Part shown: one piece after another, positions 14,611 through 32,149 of the stretch | Position numbering within the stretch: position 1 is the stretch's first letter | How the letters are laid out: every line of letters begins with the position of its first letter | Assembly (NCBI RefSeq): GCF_009914755.1 | Contig: NC_060939.1 | Strand: one strand, 5' to 3' | DNA from: the human T2T-CHM13v2.0 reference genome, Homo sapiens | DNA: 64,000 bases | The notes under the pieces: model-generated | Database searches by the model: none | What the model was told of the DNA's origin: nothing | Seen by the model: only the letters and a program-made list of their open reading frames with translations | Position numbers and translations under genes: made by a program

Positions 14611-14753
14611 TAGCAAAAAAAACCTTTATGCATATTTATTCAATATTGTATAGATCTTGTTATTTAAACTGTAACTGATCTGAATTATATTTTTCAATGT
14701 GCATATTTATTTAGTTTGGTTTTGTTTCATCTTTTTATTGTGAAAAGATCTGA

Positions 14754-15120
<367 letters not shown>

Positions 15121-16097
15121 TCAGGTGGACAGTTTGCTGGGCAGTACTTAAACCTCCCAGCCCTCAGCCTCACCCCAGCTTCCTTGCCTCACTTTGGCCC
15201 CCATGCCTCCTGCACAGGAATGGGCTGCCCATGGGGCAGTTCTAGAATGGAGCAAGGATCAGGGAAGGGCTGAGAATGTCTGCTTCAGACAATGCTTGGT
15301 AATAAACGGGCTTCCCCTTCAGGCAATCCCATGAGGTCCCTGCATCAAATAGCTCCCAGCCAATGCTCACCCCAATAGCACAGAACCACAGCCCTTCCGC
15401 AGCCTCTGACAGTGCATACAGTGAGACCACCTGGCTTCACCTGCTTTCCTGAGGTCAAGATCAACAGTGCCACCAACCAATGCTCTCAAATTGTGTCTCC
15501 TTCCCCACCCAGACACAGACACAGTGTCCCTTGTGGACAATGAATCAGAGGATTACTCTACACATGGCCCTACCCGTCAGCCTGCAGCCAAAGCCTGGAA
15601 AGCGAAGGGAGGTCCCGACAGACCCAGAGGGCCGGCCGATGTTTCAGTGCCTTCTCCACATGCTCCAGCCTTTTCACGTAACGCACCCAAACATTAAGCA
15701 CACTTGAAGGGCAGCCACTTTAACTTCCAGGATTGACCGCAGAGTCCCAGGGTGACTGCAGCCTCTGGTCACCAGGGAGTGGGAGCTGTGATTACAAGTT
15801 GAGAGGGACGCCTTCTCCACTCCAGAGGAACGGGTCAGGCGGTGCACCACGCTGGGCCCTACCCAGTTTGGTGAAGCTCTTCTTCACAAAGAAGGCACAG
15901 AACAGGAGGTAAGGGGTCAAGGCCTGTGAAACTCTGCTGAAAGATGAAGCAACACGTGCTGCTAAAAATCAGCAGGGGATTCTGGCCAGGAAGGGAGCCA
16001 AATCAAATGCACGACTATCATGTACCTGATACTGTGCTAGGCATTTTACATACAAAATTTAATCCTCACAACCAAGCTCAACATGGTTATGACTTTC

Positions 16098-16455
16098 TGT
16101 CTTAATCAGGACGGATGAGGTTCTGCCGCAGCAAGGAACAACCCCCAAATCGCAGCAGCTGTACAGGAGAAAGATTTTATTTCTTGCTCATACTATTAAT
16201 ACATGCATCATGGTTCAGGCGGTAATGAGTGTTCTCATCAATCCCACTCCTAGGAACCCAGATGACAGAGCTGCCACCATGTCACCAGTCACTATGCCAA
16301 AGGGCGGAGAGAGAGCTCTGGAAAGCATAGCACTGACAATTAAATGCTTGGCCTGGAAAGACACACAGCACTTCTATTCACATCTCACTGGCCAAATCCA
16401 GCTACACGCCTTCACTCACCCACCAGAGAGCCAGAAAGTCCAATCCTGCCATATG
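16098..16455 (-). mobile_element. Ancient MLT1 (J/K/L-like) LTR
   Basis: AACAACCCCCAAATC...TTTATTTCTTGCTCA and CACATCTCACTGGCCAAA motifs. Confidence 0.55.
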
Positions 16456-18912
16456 CCACACTATTTCTGTAAAAAATTTACCGATAAGAAAATAGAAGCT
16501 TGCAGGTTAATGATAATGGCAACAACAGTGCTAATCACAGTTGCTTAGTATCATATGCTGGGCACCGTCTCAGCACTTCACGTGTTAACTCACCTCATCC
16601 CTACTCAGCCTTAGGTATAACCATCGTCTGCATTTCACAGCTTAGGAAACTGGGCAGGGAGGTGTTAGGCAATTTGCCCAAAGCTACGCAAGGAGTGGGG
16701 GCAGAGCCCAGGGCTCTGTCTTGCTGAGTCTGTTCCCACAACTACACTATGTGAGCTCACTGACCCAAGACTGGGGAAGGGGCGGCGTTCAAATCCAGGC
16801 CATCCCTCTCTTTGCTGAGCACCAAAGGGGACAGAAGAGAGGTCTGTGGGGCCTCAGCCCTGTGTCCACCAGCAGGTCCCAGCACCAGGACACTGTCCTC
16901 TCCGTCTACCCCTTAAGCAGTCCTTCTCCACCAGCTTCTGTGCAACCAGGACAGAGGGATCCCGAAGAGGATTAAGCTCCCAGGCCCCATGGTACCCACT
17001 TCTCTCCTATGGGTCACTGGTCCTAGTAGGGAGCAGCCTCTGTGATCAGATAGGGAATCAGGACTGAGAAAGTTCACCTTAGAGAAAGGACCTATCCAGG
17101 ACTTGCCCAGCTACTCAAAGGCAACGTATGGATTTGGCCAGCTCCTCACCAACAATTTTTTTTTTTTTTTTTTTAAAGAGAAGCCATCTTGCTAAGAAGA
17201 GAAGCCAGCCGAACCCTCCCATGGGAGGAACTGTTCAGGCCACACATCCAGCCCGGGGCAGGTGCAGATAGATGCAGCCATGGATGGGCAGCACCTGCCT
17301 TTCTGCCCAGCGTCCTGTCTTTTTGAGTGGGAGCTCTACAGACCAAGTGAGAGAGGCCAAAAGCCACACCCAGGAGCTCCACTGTGTTGTCTTTTACTGA
17401 CATTAACAGTGAGGAGCAAGACAGAAAAGACACTAATGCCCTAGAACCACACTGCCTGACCAAAGTGAGCAGGGAGGAGGCAGTGGATGGGGACACACAG
17501 CTTAGTTCTTGGGGAATGAAAAACTCTTCTTCATCGTATGTATAAGGCATAGATACACATGTGGTATTAAAATGCAATGAGGAGGGTGGGTGCAATTAGG
17601 AAAAAACATCTAAAATGGCTTAGGGGTAGGGAGGTGCCAACAAGATTGAGAAACACTGCAAACACAACTACTATTTTCACTATGGCTTATTATTTTCAGC
17701 TTTTATCCCAAAACAAACACTTTTAAATTATTGCAGTTACAGAATACTATTTTACACTGGTTTTACCTCAACTTTTCACAGAGTTGCCATTTTCCTATTC
17801 TGCCCTCACTACTGAACAAAGACTGATTAAAGGCCTGCCAAGTGCAGGCACTGGGGACCCAGCCTTCTGGAGCCCTCAGGAACCTTAGTCTAGTGTCTTT
17901 GTGGTTGTCAACTGTAAATTGTAATGTCTGTGGAAACACATCACTATGGTTTACAAATCCATTCACCCATAATTTTCTGAATTTTTATGCAAGGAAAAAC
18001 TAATGCCTTTTGCTTCTGTTGGTTCACTGTATTCTCTTGAGATAAATCCTTTTGAGAAAAAATGTTTTTATGTCATACCGTCCTAAAAGTTCTATTTACC
18101 AGGTAGGCCACCCGCAAGCCACACTTAAACCACCCTGCAACGAAGAGGCTTCTTTCAGCTCAAGGAGGGGTGGCAGCCCCTCTAAACTGTCAAGGCAGAT
18201 GGAAGGTGCCGCCTGGCTTCTACCTGCCACATGCCAACCCCCTCAGGTTGGGGGTGCTGCCCAGGCTTTCTCTGGACCCCAGAGCTGGGAGTCATCTGCA
18301 AGCCCAGCTGCTGCACCAGACGGGAGTAATGCCAATAAAGTGGACTCCACTGCTGTCACCACAGAGGGGACAAAGAACTCAGCACTCAGGTTCACCCATC
18401 TGGTGAAGTAACTCGTTTCCTTCCACTTATCCAGAGCAAGCCAGAGACAGAAACAAAGAGGGGCAGCGAGATTGGCTCCCTCCAAAGCAAACGTGGCCTC
18501 CTGAGGAGGATTCCCCCTCTATGGCAGGACTGGCCTGGCCCTTTGCAAACAGATGCAGTCTGAGGACCTGGAGGGAGGCTGTCTCTCTTCCTGTCTGGTC
18601 CCACAGATGGAGCCATTAAAAGCACTCTGGCCTAGATATCACTTTCAATGAACCACCAGGAGTGACAGTCTTGGAGGAACACAAACATGCAGAACAGAAC
18701 AAAAAAAGAACAAATGCCAAGCACTGGCCACTTACTGGTAGTGAATTTCTTTCTCCCTGTTCTCCAGAAGCTCTGTTCTTCTCTAGGCTGTCAACGCTGA
18801 TGCTGAATCAGAATGAGAATGCCTCTCAATTCCCAAAGCCCAAGACACAACTCTTTCTTTACCCGCTGACAGAGATGAGAGCAAGGGGAGCATAGTTGGC
18901 ACAATCTCTTCA

Positions 18913-19300
<388 letters not shown>

Positions 19301-19319
19301 CCCGTATCCCAGCCCGTAT

Positions 19320-19893
<574 letters not shown>

Positions 19894-21204
19894 AGAAGAT
19901 TTTTCTTATCTTCCACACTAACCACTGTTTTTTTTAAGAACTAAGAAAAAGAAAATTCTGTAGGAAGCATGGGGGCCTATGCAGGGGGTCTCCATCCCGT
20001 TTGTACTGTGATGCACTAGAGCCTGCTGTCACCGGAGGCAGCTGGACCCAGTACCCTCTCACCCACTGCTGGCTGCCTCCCTCTAATGACCTGGCCCTGC
20101 CTGCTCCTCCCTTCATTATCAAAAGCCTTCTCTCACCCACAGGACCACCTCATCCTTCTCCAAAAAAAAAAAGACCTTGGGTTTGCAGAGGACAGGCCCT
20201 CCAGTAGCAAAGTACAGGGGCCGTGAGTAGACTGCTACACTTGGGCTTTGCAGTTGATAATTCTCGGTCTCTTGAAATTACATATGTACGTTTATTTATA
20301 GCAAAAACATGGGTGCCCATAAATAGCCAGTCATTCATATACACATTTTTAGCATATGGTTTAGCCACCAAGTTCCACTGCATCATCCTTCCTGGGACCT
20401 TGCATTGGGGTTTTCCTTCCCAGTCTTGCGTCACCACTGCAGGCCAGGTTATGGTCAGGCCCCTGAACCCTTTCTTCCCACACCTACCAACCCAGTGCCA
20501 AATTGTGAGCGCTCCTGCTCAAAAGCCTTCAAGGAGGCTTTCACATCCAAGCTGTGTTCAATCGGTTCCCTTTCCAGCTTTGTCCCACCCCCAGCCCCTC
20601 TTCCTCCCTCTCTCGGCTTTAGCTCTCCCCCTCCCTTCCTCTCATTCTCCCTGCTCAGCCCCACACCCTCACCTCCCCAATCTCTCCTTTCATAGCTACA
20701 CCCCACTCTGGATTTTACATTTGTCGGGTATGTGGATGGCCTTGTCCACAGTACATGCTCAGAAAATGAATGCAGTAAGTACACTGAAATCTGAGCACCT
20801 ACAATGTGGTGCCCCATGCGACACACAGGGCATATGGCATGCAGTAAATAACATAATTTTGTCTTGTCTCCTAGAATGAACGTTCTTCTGCCCTCTGTGC
20901 CTTTGCTGCAGCACGGTAGCCTTTCTTCTACTGCTGGACAGCACTGTTCACTCCTCAGGTCACTGCGTATTGTGCCCTTCTCTGTACTGGCAGCTCAAGG
21001 ACATTGTTCTGTGTCATCTTTGCTACCTAGAATCGATTAGATGCTTAATAAATACTGCTGAATGAAATGGGGATTAGCCACAATACCCACGGGAGAAAGA
21101 ATCAAAATGATCCAGAGATCTGTTAGACCCACCTGAGAGTTCCCTGGTGCCTGCCTGGTACCTGCCGTATTATATGCAATATAATCAACATATACCATAT
21201 TTAA

Positions 21205-21956
<752 letters not shown>

Positions 21957-22219
21957 TCAAATCCCAGCACTGCCATTGCTACCTGTAAAACTGGTCCAAG
22001 ATACTGAAATTCTCTGAGACTCAGTTTTCTCATCTGAAAAACAGGGGTGACAATAACTGTCCTGACCTCGAGGTACCATCCTCAGAATTAAGAGAGAATA
22101 CACGTAAAGAGTGTAGCATGGTGGGACACAAATTTTGCTTGATTCATGACAGCTGCTGTTATTAATCATATTGTTATTGATGCAGGTCCATGGATGTCGA
22201 CCTGATTCCTGTGATCATG

Positions 22220-23052
<833 letters not shown>

Positions 23053-23187
23053 AGCCCCACCTGGCCTCTAGTCATAATGTATAGACATTAAAAACACACC
23101 AGGTAATTATCCAAAAGGAGCAGAAGACAACTCACGCTTTCTGCATTTTCAATTCCTGGACATGTGATGCTAGAGAGCAGAGACTGA

Positions 23188-23500
<313 letters not shown>

Positions 23501-25263
23501 AACTGATGTATTCCTATATCCTGGTCCTTAGCAGAGTGGGTAGTATAGAGCAGGTTCTCAATTTCATTTAACAAAGTTTCAACCTTCTGGGCAGTCAGAA
23601 CTACATTGCTTACAGCTTTGGAGCTGCCCTGGCAGCCAGGTACAATTATCTGAGCAAAACCCAGCAAAGTCCTTTTTTTTTTTTTCCACCTAGAGGAAAC
23701 TCCAGGCACAGGAAGTGGTTCAGACAAAGCCACCCAGCAACCAGGGTAGGTGTGTGTCCACATGCAAACGTGTCTTGCTTTGTACAACACAGCAAAGGAC
23801 CATGTGCAGTGGCCCCTGCCTCAGCCCGCAGCAGCCTCCCACGGCTTAGCTAACCAGCCAAACCCTGGCATTTTGCTTGTAATTGTACCTCCCAGTAAAA
23901 AGTCCTGGTTGGAGTGGTAAAAATAGCAACTGCAACTTCCTGCAACACAGATATACCAGTTGATGCCTGAAAAGAAACCTGGTGATTCGACCTCACTCCA
24001 ACTCAGCGAAATGCCTTCAAGCTGCGCTCACAATGGCAGTGGGACAGGAGCCCAGCAAAGGCAGCCGACCCACCCACCCCGCCCCAGGAGGACCCATGCA
24101 AAACCAGCTCTAGAGTGAGATGCTTCCCTTACTCTCTTAATGAAACACCCAACTCTCAGAATCAGGAGGTGTCTAATAAACGCAAAAACTGCTTTCAGCG
24201 AGGCCCCTCCCCTTTCCCTTCTCCTGCTCACTAGCTGCAGAGGTATAAAGGCAGAAGCCCTCCCTACCAAAGCCCTTTGAGGGTCCCATTGTCCCCTTGG
24301 TTACCCTCTCCCTTCCCCCTACCTACATCTGTCCCTGAGATTGTTCCAAGTAGGTCAGGCTGGCTGGGATCACAGGAGCCTCCTCTGAAGCTTGGTTCTG
24401 AGTCATCTCCAGGGCAGCAGGGGAGTCATGGCCAAACCTGGATGTTGCTTCCTGAAGGGTGGGGAGAGCCTGGCCAAAACGTCCCCAGGTACCCAGCAGT
24501 AATGAATTCCTCTGGGGCCCAGGCCATGGTCAGCAGTTCCCTGGCTCCTCTATCATGGGGCCCGATGCCTCCTGGGACCACACAGGCAAGTAAACAGGGT
24601 TTAGTCTGTGGTGGCCACTGCCCCTTTCTGGGCCTTTCTCTGGACCAGCTACGGAACTCTCTCTGTCCTCCTGGCTCATTTCTTTATTCCTGCAGACAGG
24701 TGACAGATCATTGACTAAGCCAGCCCTCTGAGAAGAGCTCTCAAGCCCAGCCAGATGGCTCTCAGCCAGGTAAGGCCCCGTGCATCTCTGGGACAATAGG
24801 CAGACACCTCCCACCTAAGGCCAGCTCCACTGCACAAGGGCAAAGTCACCCCAGCTCCTCCCCTGGATATGCTGGCTGTTTAGAAACACCTGAATTCACT
24901 CAAATGTTCCAGATATTTCCATTTCGCTAGTAAAAACCATGCCTCTTCATGTTTGCAGAGCTTTTCAGCATAAAATGAACTTTCAGGAATGTTTTCCCAT
25001 GCAAAAAATACAGCAGCCTAGTGGGGGGCAGGGGCGGGCAGGGATTAAAGGGCTTCATTTCACAGATGAGTACCCAGCTGAGGTCAGGAGACCAATAAGA
25101 GGCAGAACCAGCACTCAATAAACTTTGATCTTCTGGAAAGACAAAAGTGGACTAGAATCAAAGGACAAAGCCTGAATAAACATTTTTTTTAATGGAACAA
25201 TGAGATTCCACCCGCCCCCCCACCCCATCACATTAGCTAAAACTAAAAATGTGGATAACATCA

Positions 25264-25599
<336 letters not shown>

Positions 25600-25975
25600 C
25601 TATTATTAGTGAAAGAGTAAACTGGGTAAATCTTTGCAAAGGGCATTTGGCTTTGACAATGAAAATTTAAAATAATCACACTTGCTCAGAAAGATGCATG
25701 ATGAAGGACACACAAGATTTCATTGATCATACAGGGAAAATGAGGCATTACCTAAAGTCTCTCCTTAGGACACAATGAGAGGAAATGATGGTTTGGCTGC
25801 AGTGTGGAATATGACGACGCTGTGAAAAAGAGCTCCACCACACACTAAGTGGTATAAGTTGTAGAGTATTGAGTATGATTCAAATTATGTAAACACAAAA
25901 TCTGCACATACAACGGAGGACTAGAAGGGTATGCACCCATCTGTGGACAGATACAAAGGAGGGGATGGACCCTCA

Positions 25976-26287
<312 letters not shown>

Positions 26288-27351
26288 TCAGGGTCTGGCA
26301 CCTCTCTGTGCCTCATGATGTCTCTGTCCGCAGCCCACGCAGGCCCAGCCTTTGCACGAGCTGTGCTACCCACCTGGCAGGCCTTTCTCTGATCCTCCCA
26401 CGGCTGGCTCAAATGTCACCACCCCAGAGAGGCCTTCCTTGACCCCTCTTCGGAGGGCATCCTCACTTGACCATCTTCCCACACCTCCCTGTCCACTTCC
26501 TCTGCAGCTGCATATTTTTGTCAGTCTGTTGTCTGCCTCCCTCAGCTGAATGTGGGATCAGGAGAGGGTCGGGGAGGACCTTGCCTTGTTCTCCACTGAA
26601 TCCCAGAGCCCGGCAGAGAACAGATGGGGGAAAAAAATTCCCTGGACACATTTGAAATGAGGAAACCAACAGTCCACTTCCTCACCTCATCAATGAGGAA
26701 ACTGAGGCAGATTCTCAACATGCCCACTATTGAGACCCTAGCGCTGTGCCATACCCGCCTGTCTGCCTCCCACATCAGACGCTGAGCTCCCAAGCAGGAG
26801 CTCTTTGAACCTGACTTTCTTTCCTCAGCTTCTAGTCCACGGCGAGCCATTCAGAAAACTAAATAAATGTTTGTTGCATGAACAGAGCTGGGTACCTTTC
26901 TCCCTCAGATTTCCAAGCCTGTGAACAACAAAAGCGTTCACAGGTTAAGGGACTTGCTGCCAAGGTCTCACAAGCCCAGCTGGCTAGGGTGCAGAACATG
27001 AACTCCGGACAATGGATGGAATCGCCATGGTTTTCTAGAAAAAGAGCTCCTCCATCTCTTGGCCCTCACTCCTCTCAGACAAATTGGCCTGGCCAACAGC
27101 AAACCTGGCTGGCAGCTTGTCCTGGAGTTTGAATGAGCACAGCTTCTCCTTATCTTAATTAGGAAATTAATTCTGCTCAGCCTAGATGGATCTGTGGTCA
27201 GCCTCTCCTTGGGGGCCCAATGGGAACAGGCAAAAAATGTAAGCAAGGCTTTTTTGTCTCCATCCTTTCCCTGCATCCTACTCCTCACCACTCGGCTGAT
27301 GGTGGAAGGCTCCTCCTGGCAGAGATGGGTGGGGAGTGACACCTAAGGTGA

Positions 27352-27762
<411 letters not shown>

Positions 27763-28198
27763 TAGTCATTCCAGAGGGGGTCATCCTGGTGCTCCCACGA
27801 ACTGCTGCCCAGCTCCCTGCCCACGACCAGTCAGAGCGATGGCCCTGAGAAATGAGTAACCCACACACCACCTTCCCTTGAGCCCACGCCTGCTCCCCTA
27901 AGCCCAGCCTGGTGCTCCCCTGATGCAGTCTTCTGTCTCCACCAGCCCCTTCGCAGGAGGCCTCAAACTCTGAGGCAGTGGGCAGGGACAGGGAACTGCC
28001 AGAGGCTCAAGGAGAACAGCCCCGTCCCTTTGGAGTTACTGGGAAAATCTGAATCGAGCCTTCAGGAAACTAGGAGCTTGCCTACGTCACCCCTCTCACT
28101 CTACAGGTGAAAAAACTAGATCCCAGAGAAAGTAACTTGCCCAATTCCCACAGCACACATCCAAGGCAGAGCTGGAACTAGAACCCCATTCCTGACTT

Positions 28199-28496
28199 CT
28201 TTTGTTGTTGTTGTTGAGACGGAGTTTCGCTCTGGTCACCCAGGCTGGAGTGCAATGGTGCAATCTCGGCTCGCTGCAACCTCCGCCTCCCAGTTCAAGT
28301 GATTCTCCTGCCTCAGCCTCCCAAGTAGCTGGGATTACAGGCATGAGCCACCACACCCAGCTAATTTCGTATTTTTAGTAAACAAGCGGTTTCTCCATGT
28401 TGGTCAGGCTGGTCTCAAACTCCCGACCTCAGGTGATCCGCCCACCTCGGCCTCCCAAAGCACTGGGATTACAGGGGTGAGCCACCTCGCCCGGTC
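28199..28496 (-). mobile_element. Alu
   Basis: TSD CCATTCCTGACTTCT. Confidence 0.95.
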
Positions 28497-29028
28497 CATT
28501 CCTGACTTCTAAATTGGCCCCTCTGTACTCTACTGGCTGTTCAAGCTCTTCCTGACCAGAAAGGCTAAGCAAGTAACTCGAGCCTTATAAAACTGCTGAA
28601 CACCAGAGCTTGCAAGAACTTTTGAAATTTTATAGCAAAACATTTAATAGAAGTATTATACAGGAGAGCAAATTGAGGCTCACAGGGGTAAGGGAACCTG
28701 CATGTAGTCACACAGGCAAGCTGGGGCCAAGCACGACTCCCCTACTCTGACTCAAGTGCTCTTTCTGCCAACAGGTTCCAGGTCTGAGGGCTCTAGCTAT
28801 GGGATGGTGAAGAGACGGAGTTGGCCTCGGGCCTTGGTCACGCTGAAACAAGAAGTGGCCCAGGTGAGCCTCATACAGACTCTGTACCCAACTCAGGGAA
28901 CAGGAGACCACTGTGGGAGAAAAGTATGACCAGGAAGATTTTTATGTATTTGCAGAAAATATGGTGCAATTTCTCAATGAAATTGATTTCTGAGACCACA
29001 GAGCTGCCATTTAAAAAAAAAAAAAAAA

Positions 29029-29322
29029 GGCCAGGTGCGGTGGCTCACACCTGTAATCCCAGCACTTTGGGATGCCAAGGCAGGTGGATCACGAGGTCAG
29101 GAGTTCAAGACCAGCCTGGCCAACATGGTGAAACCCTGTCTCTACTAAAAATACAAAAAGCCGAGCATGGTGGCGGGTGCCTGTAATCCCAGCTACTGGG
29201 GAAGCTGAGGCAGACAACTGGTTGACTTGAGAGGTGGAGATTGCAGTGAGCTGAGATCACACCACTGCACTCCAGCCTGGGCTACAAGGTAAGACTCAGT
29301 CTCAAAAAAAAAAAAAAGAAAA
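29029..29322 (+). mobile_element. Alu
   Basis: Alu consensus. Confidence 0.95.
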
Positions 29323-29324
29323 AT

Positions 29325-29616
29325 GCCAGGCACAGTGGCTCATGCCTGTAATCCCAGCACTTTAGGAGGCTGAGGCGGGTGGATCACCTGAGATCAGGAG
29401 TTCAAGACCAGCCTGGACAACATGGAGAAACCCCGTCTCTACAAAAATACAAAAATTAGCCAGGCATGGTGGTGTGTGCCTGTAATCCCAGCTACTCAGG
29501 AGGCTGAGGCGGGAGAATCACTTGAATCCAGGAGGCAGAAGTTGCAGTGAACCAAGATGGTGCCATTGCACTCCAGCCTGGGCGACAGAGCGAGACTCCT
29601 TCTCAAAAGAAAAAAA
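29325..29616 (+). mobile_element. Alu (tandem with the previous one)
   Basis: Alu consensus. Confidence 0.95.
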
Positions 29617-32149
29617 GGTTAATAAGCCACACACATCTATCGTTTATCATCCAACAGGGTGCTGGGACAGGGCTTGGAAGGAAAGCAGGAAAGGTTTAGC
29701 AGTAAGAAAGAGTGGCAAGAGAGGTAGGGGGCGGGGGTGAGGTGACTGGGGACTCAGGGGAGGGCTGCAAGTCAGCTGCAGAGCAACAAGCACCCAACCT
29801 CAATTCTGCACCCAGGGAACAAAAACAAAAAAGGGAAAGGGGAGCCCGGCATGACTGACACCCACTTGGTGCCAGACCCCATTCTAGGGGATTCTGCATA
29901 GTATGGTGGTTAACCTTCACCATACCCCTGAAAAAAGCTAACAAAGCTCAATGAGGTTAAGGAACTTGATCACAGACCCACAGCATTTGAACCCCAGTCT
30001 GGTGCCAAAGCCCATGCTCTTTCCACTGCTCCTGGGTTAAAAGGACTTAACAGGGAGCCCTTCCTATCCCCAAACCCCTTCGCTTCCCCACCTAATCCCA
30101 CAGCACCCCTTCCCCAGTTTCTAACAGCCCCAGAAGGACCTGGAGGCAGTATGGGATGATTATGCCTTGAAGATGACAGGTGTCAGCTTTTGACAGCTTT
30201 AGGTTGGTATGGCAATGAGGTGGTCAAGGAAAGGGGTTGGAACCTACTGTAGGGGCTGGGCTGACTTCCATCAGCTGGGGATAGCTGCTGATTGATAAGT
30301 CCTGTTGGGATGCTGTGACTGAAAGCTGTGGATGCTTAAGTTCTCCCTCCTCCCTCCTCCCCTGCACCTCCCTCCTCTACCCCCAGCTTGTTCCAACTAA
30401 GTGTTTCCTGGTGAGGAAAATGCTTCAACAGCCTTGGCTGGCTGAGGCAATTAAATTATGAAATTTACCACATTAGATGAAAACCAGCATCTCAATCAAC
30501 CAATTCATTTGTGTCTGGCCACTCTGTTTTCTTGTGCCAGCTCTGCCCACACTGGCCAGGCTATGCCTACACTGCCTGGTGGTACAGAGGGACTAGGGGC
30601 TCAGACAATGGGCTGGTCTTTGGGACCAGGGGGTAGGTTCTCCCAGGACCCCCAGAGAAGAGAGGCTGCATCCAGAAGCCATCCAGCTTCCTACAAATGC
30701 GCTGGACTGCTGACTGTGCGGCCAGACACTACGGACGAGAGCAAACCTTCTACCACCTCCCACTTGCATTCTCCATGGCCTCAACCTGTGCCTATCTTGA
30801 GGCTGGCAATGAATTGGGCCTCTGGGAGAAGTGTGGGTGAGCGACAGGACAAAGGTGGCTGCCCTACACCTCGAATCTGGGCGATGACATGCCTTTCTCA
30901 TCTTAGTCAAGGCATCCTCTCCCCAGGAAGCCTTGCCCACCTGTGTCTCCTTCTCTCCTCTTGCTGCCTCTATCACTACGATGTGTCAGGGCCCCTAATC
31001 CATGTGCCAGCACTCCCTCATCTAGGTGCTCACTAAAGGAAGAGTCTCCAGCACCTAACTCAGGGCCTGGCACACAGCAGGTGCCCAATCAAGTCTGTTC
31101 AAACAATGAATCAATCAATCAATCAGTCACAAACCACCCACTAAATAACACTCTCACTCATCCTACCCTTCCCCCCGCCCCCGCCCAAGTGATAGACGGG
31201 ACGAACCAAGCTTGCTTTCACTGGGTAATTGTTCTCTTTTCTTCCTGCTCTCTTCTGCCCACACGGGGTGCCCGCAGATTTAAAACGCTATTAAGGGGCA
31301 TCGGGCTGCAGAACCTGCTTCCGATGTGGAGCATGCAATTTGCCTATAGCTCTTCTCTCCGCACCACATACATAAATCCAACTGCAGCCCAAGACCCCAG
31401 GATGAAGGTGTCTTCCATTTCTACCTCCCTTTTATCAACCACCCTGGAGTCACTGCCTGACAAATGACTCAAAACTGAAATAGCTGCCAGGCCGGAAAAA
31501 GACTGACTACGTCAACCTTCACAGGCACAGCTTGTGGACCCAAGAGCCTCCGGTCTTGGGACACCAAATGGACCCTGAGGTGGGGTAGACTTTGTGTCCT
31601 ACTCTTCCCCAGACCCCCACGCAAGCCTTCACCAACATGCCAGGAATCCTCACAGCTCAGATCAGCACACTGAGCATCAGTTCCTCCTATGAATGGGGAG
31701 ACTGGGACCCAGGGTCCCAGAGGGCTTGGCCCCATAACGGTCACTGGAATCTGGTCCAGGATACAGACCGTGGAATCCTGCCTCCTCTCCTGGTGCTACT
31801 GCTAACTTCCTTCCCTTCCTCTCTCTATTGGGCCGATAGAGTGGAACCAAATGGTCCAGACACCTGGCATTCTCTGCCCTGACTACCGAGGAGAGTCAAA
31901 GTCCAGCCCGCCTTCCCCAAGGTCAAATTCACCGGGATCCAGCAGGACCCAAGAGCGTCCAGATTAAATCTGCAGGGGCCTGGGTCCGCCCCCTCACCCA
32001 CAGTTCGTTGGGTCAGGCCTCTAGAGAGATGTTTCTTTGTTCAAAGACAATGGGAATGCACTTTGGGGGCTTAGAGCAGCAACACAAAAAAAGTATCTGG
32101 TATCTCCCGGGCACAATCCCCCAAGAGAAAAGCTTCTAAAGCAACTACG

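Noticed and set aside
20223-20879. 218-aa plus-strand ORF
   Set aside because: Non-ATG start (GTG), low-complexity P/S/L content from a polypyrimidine stretch, no homology recognised.
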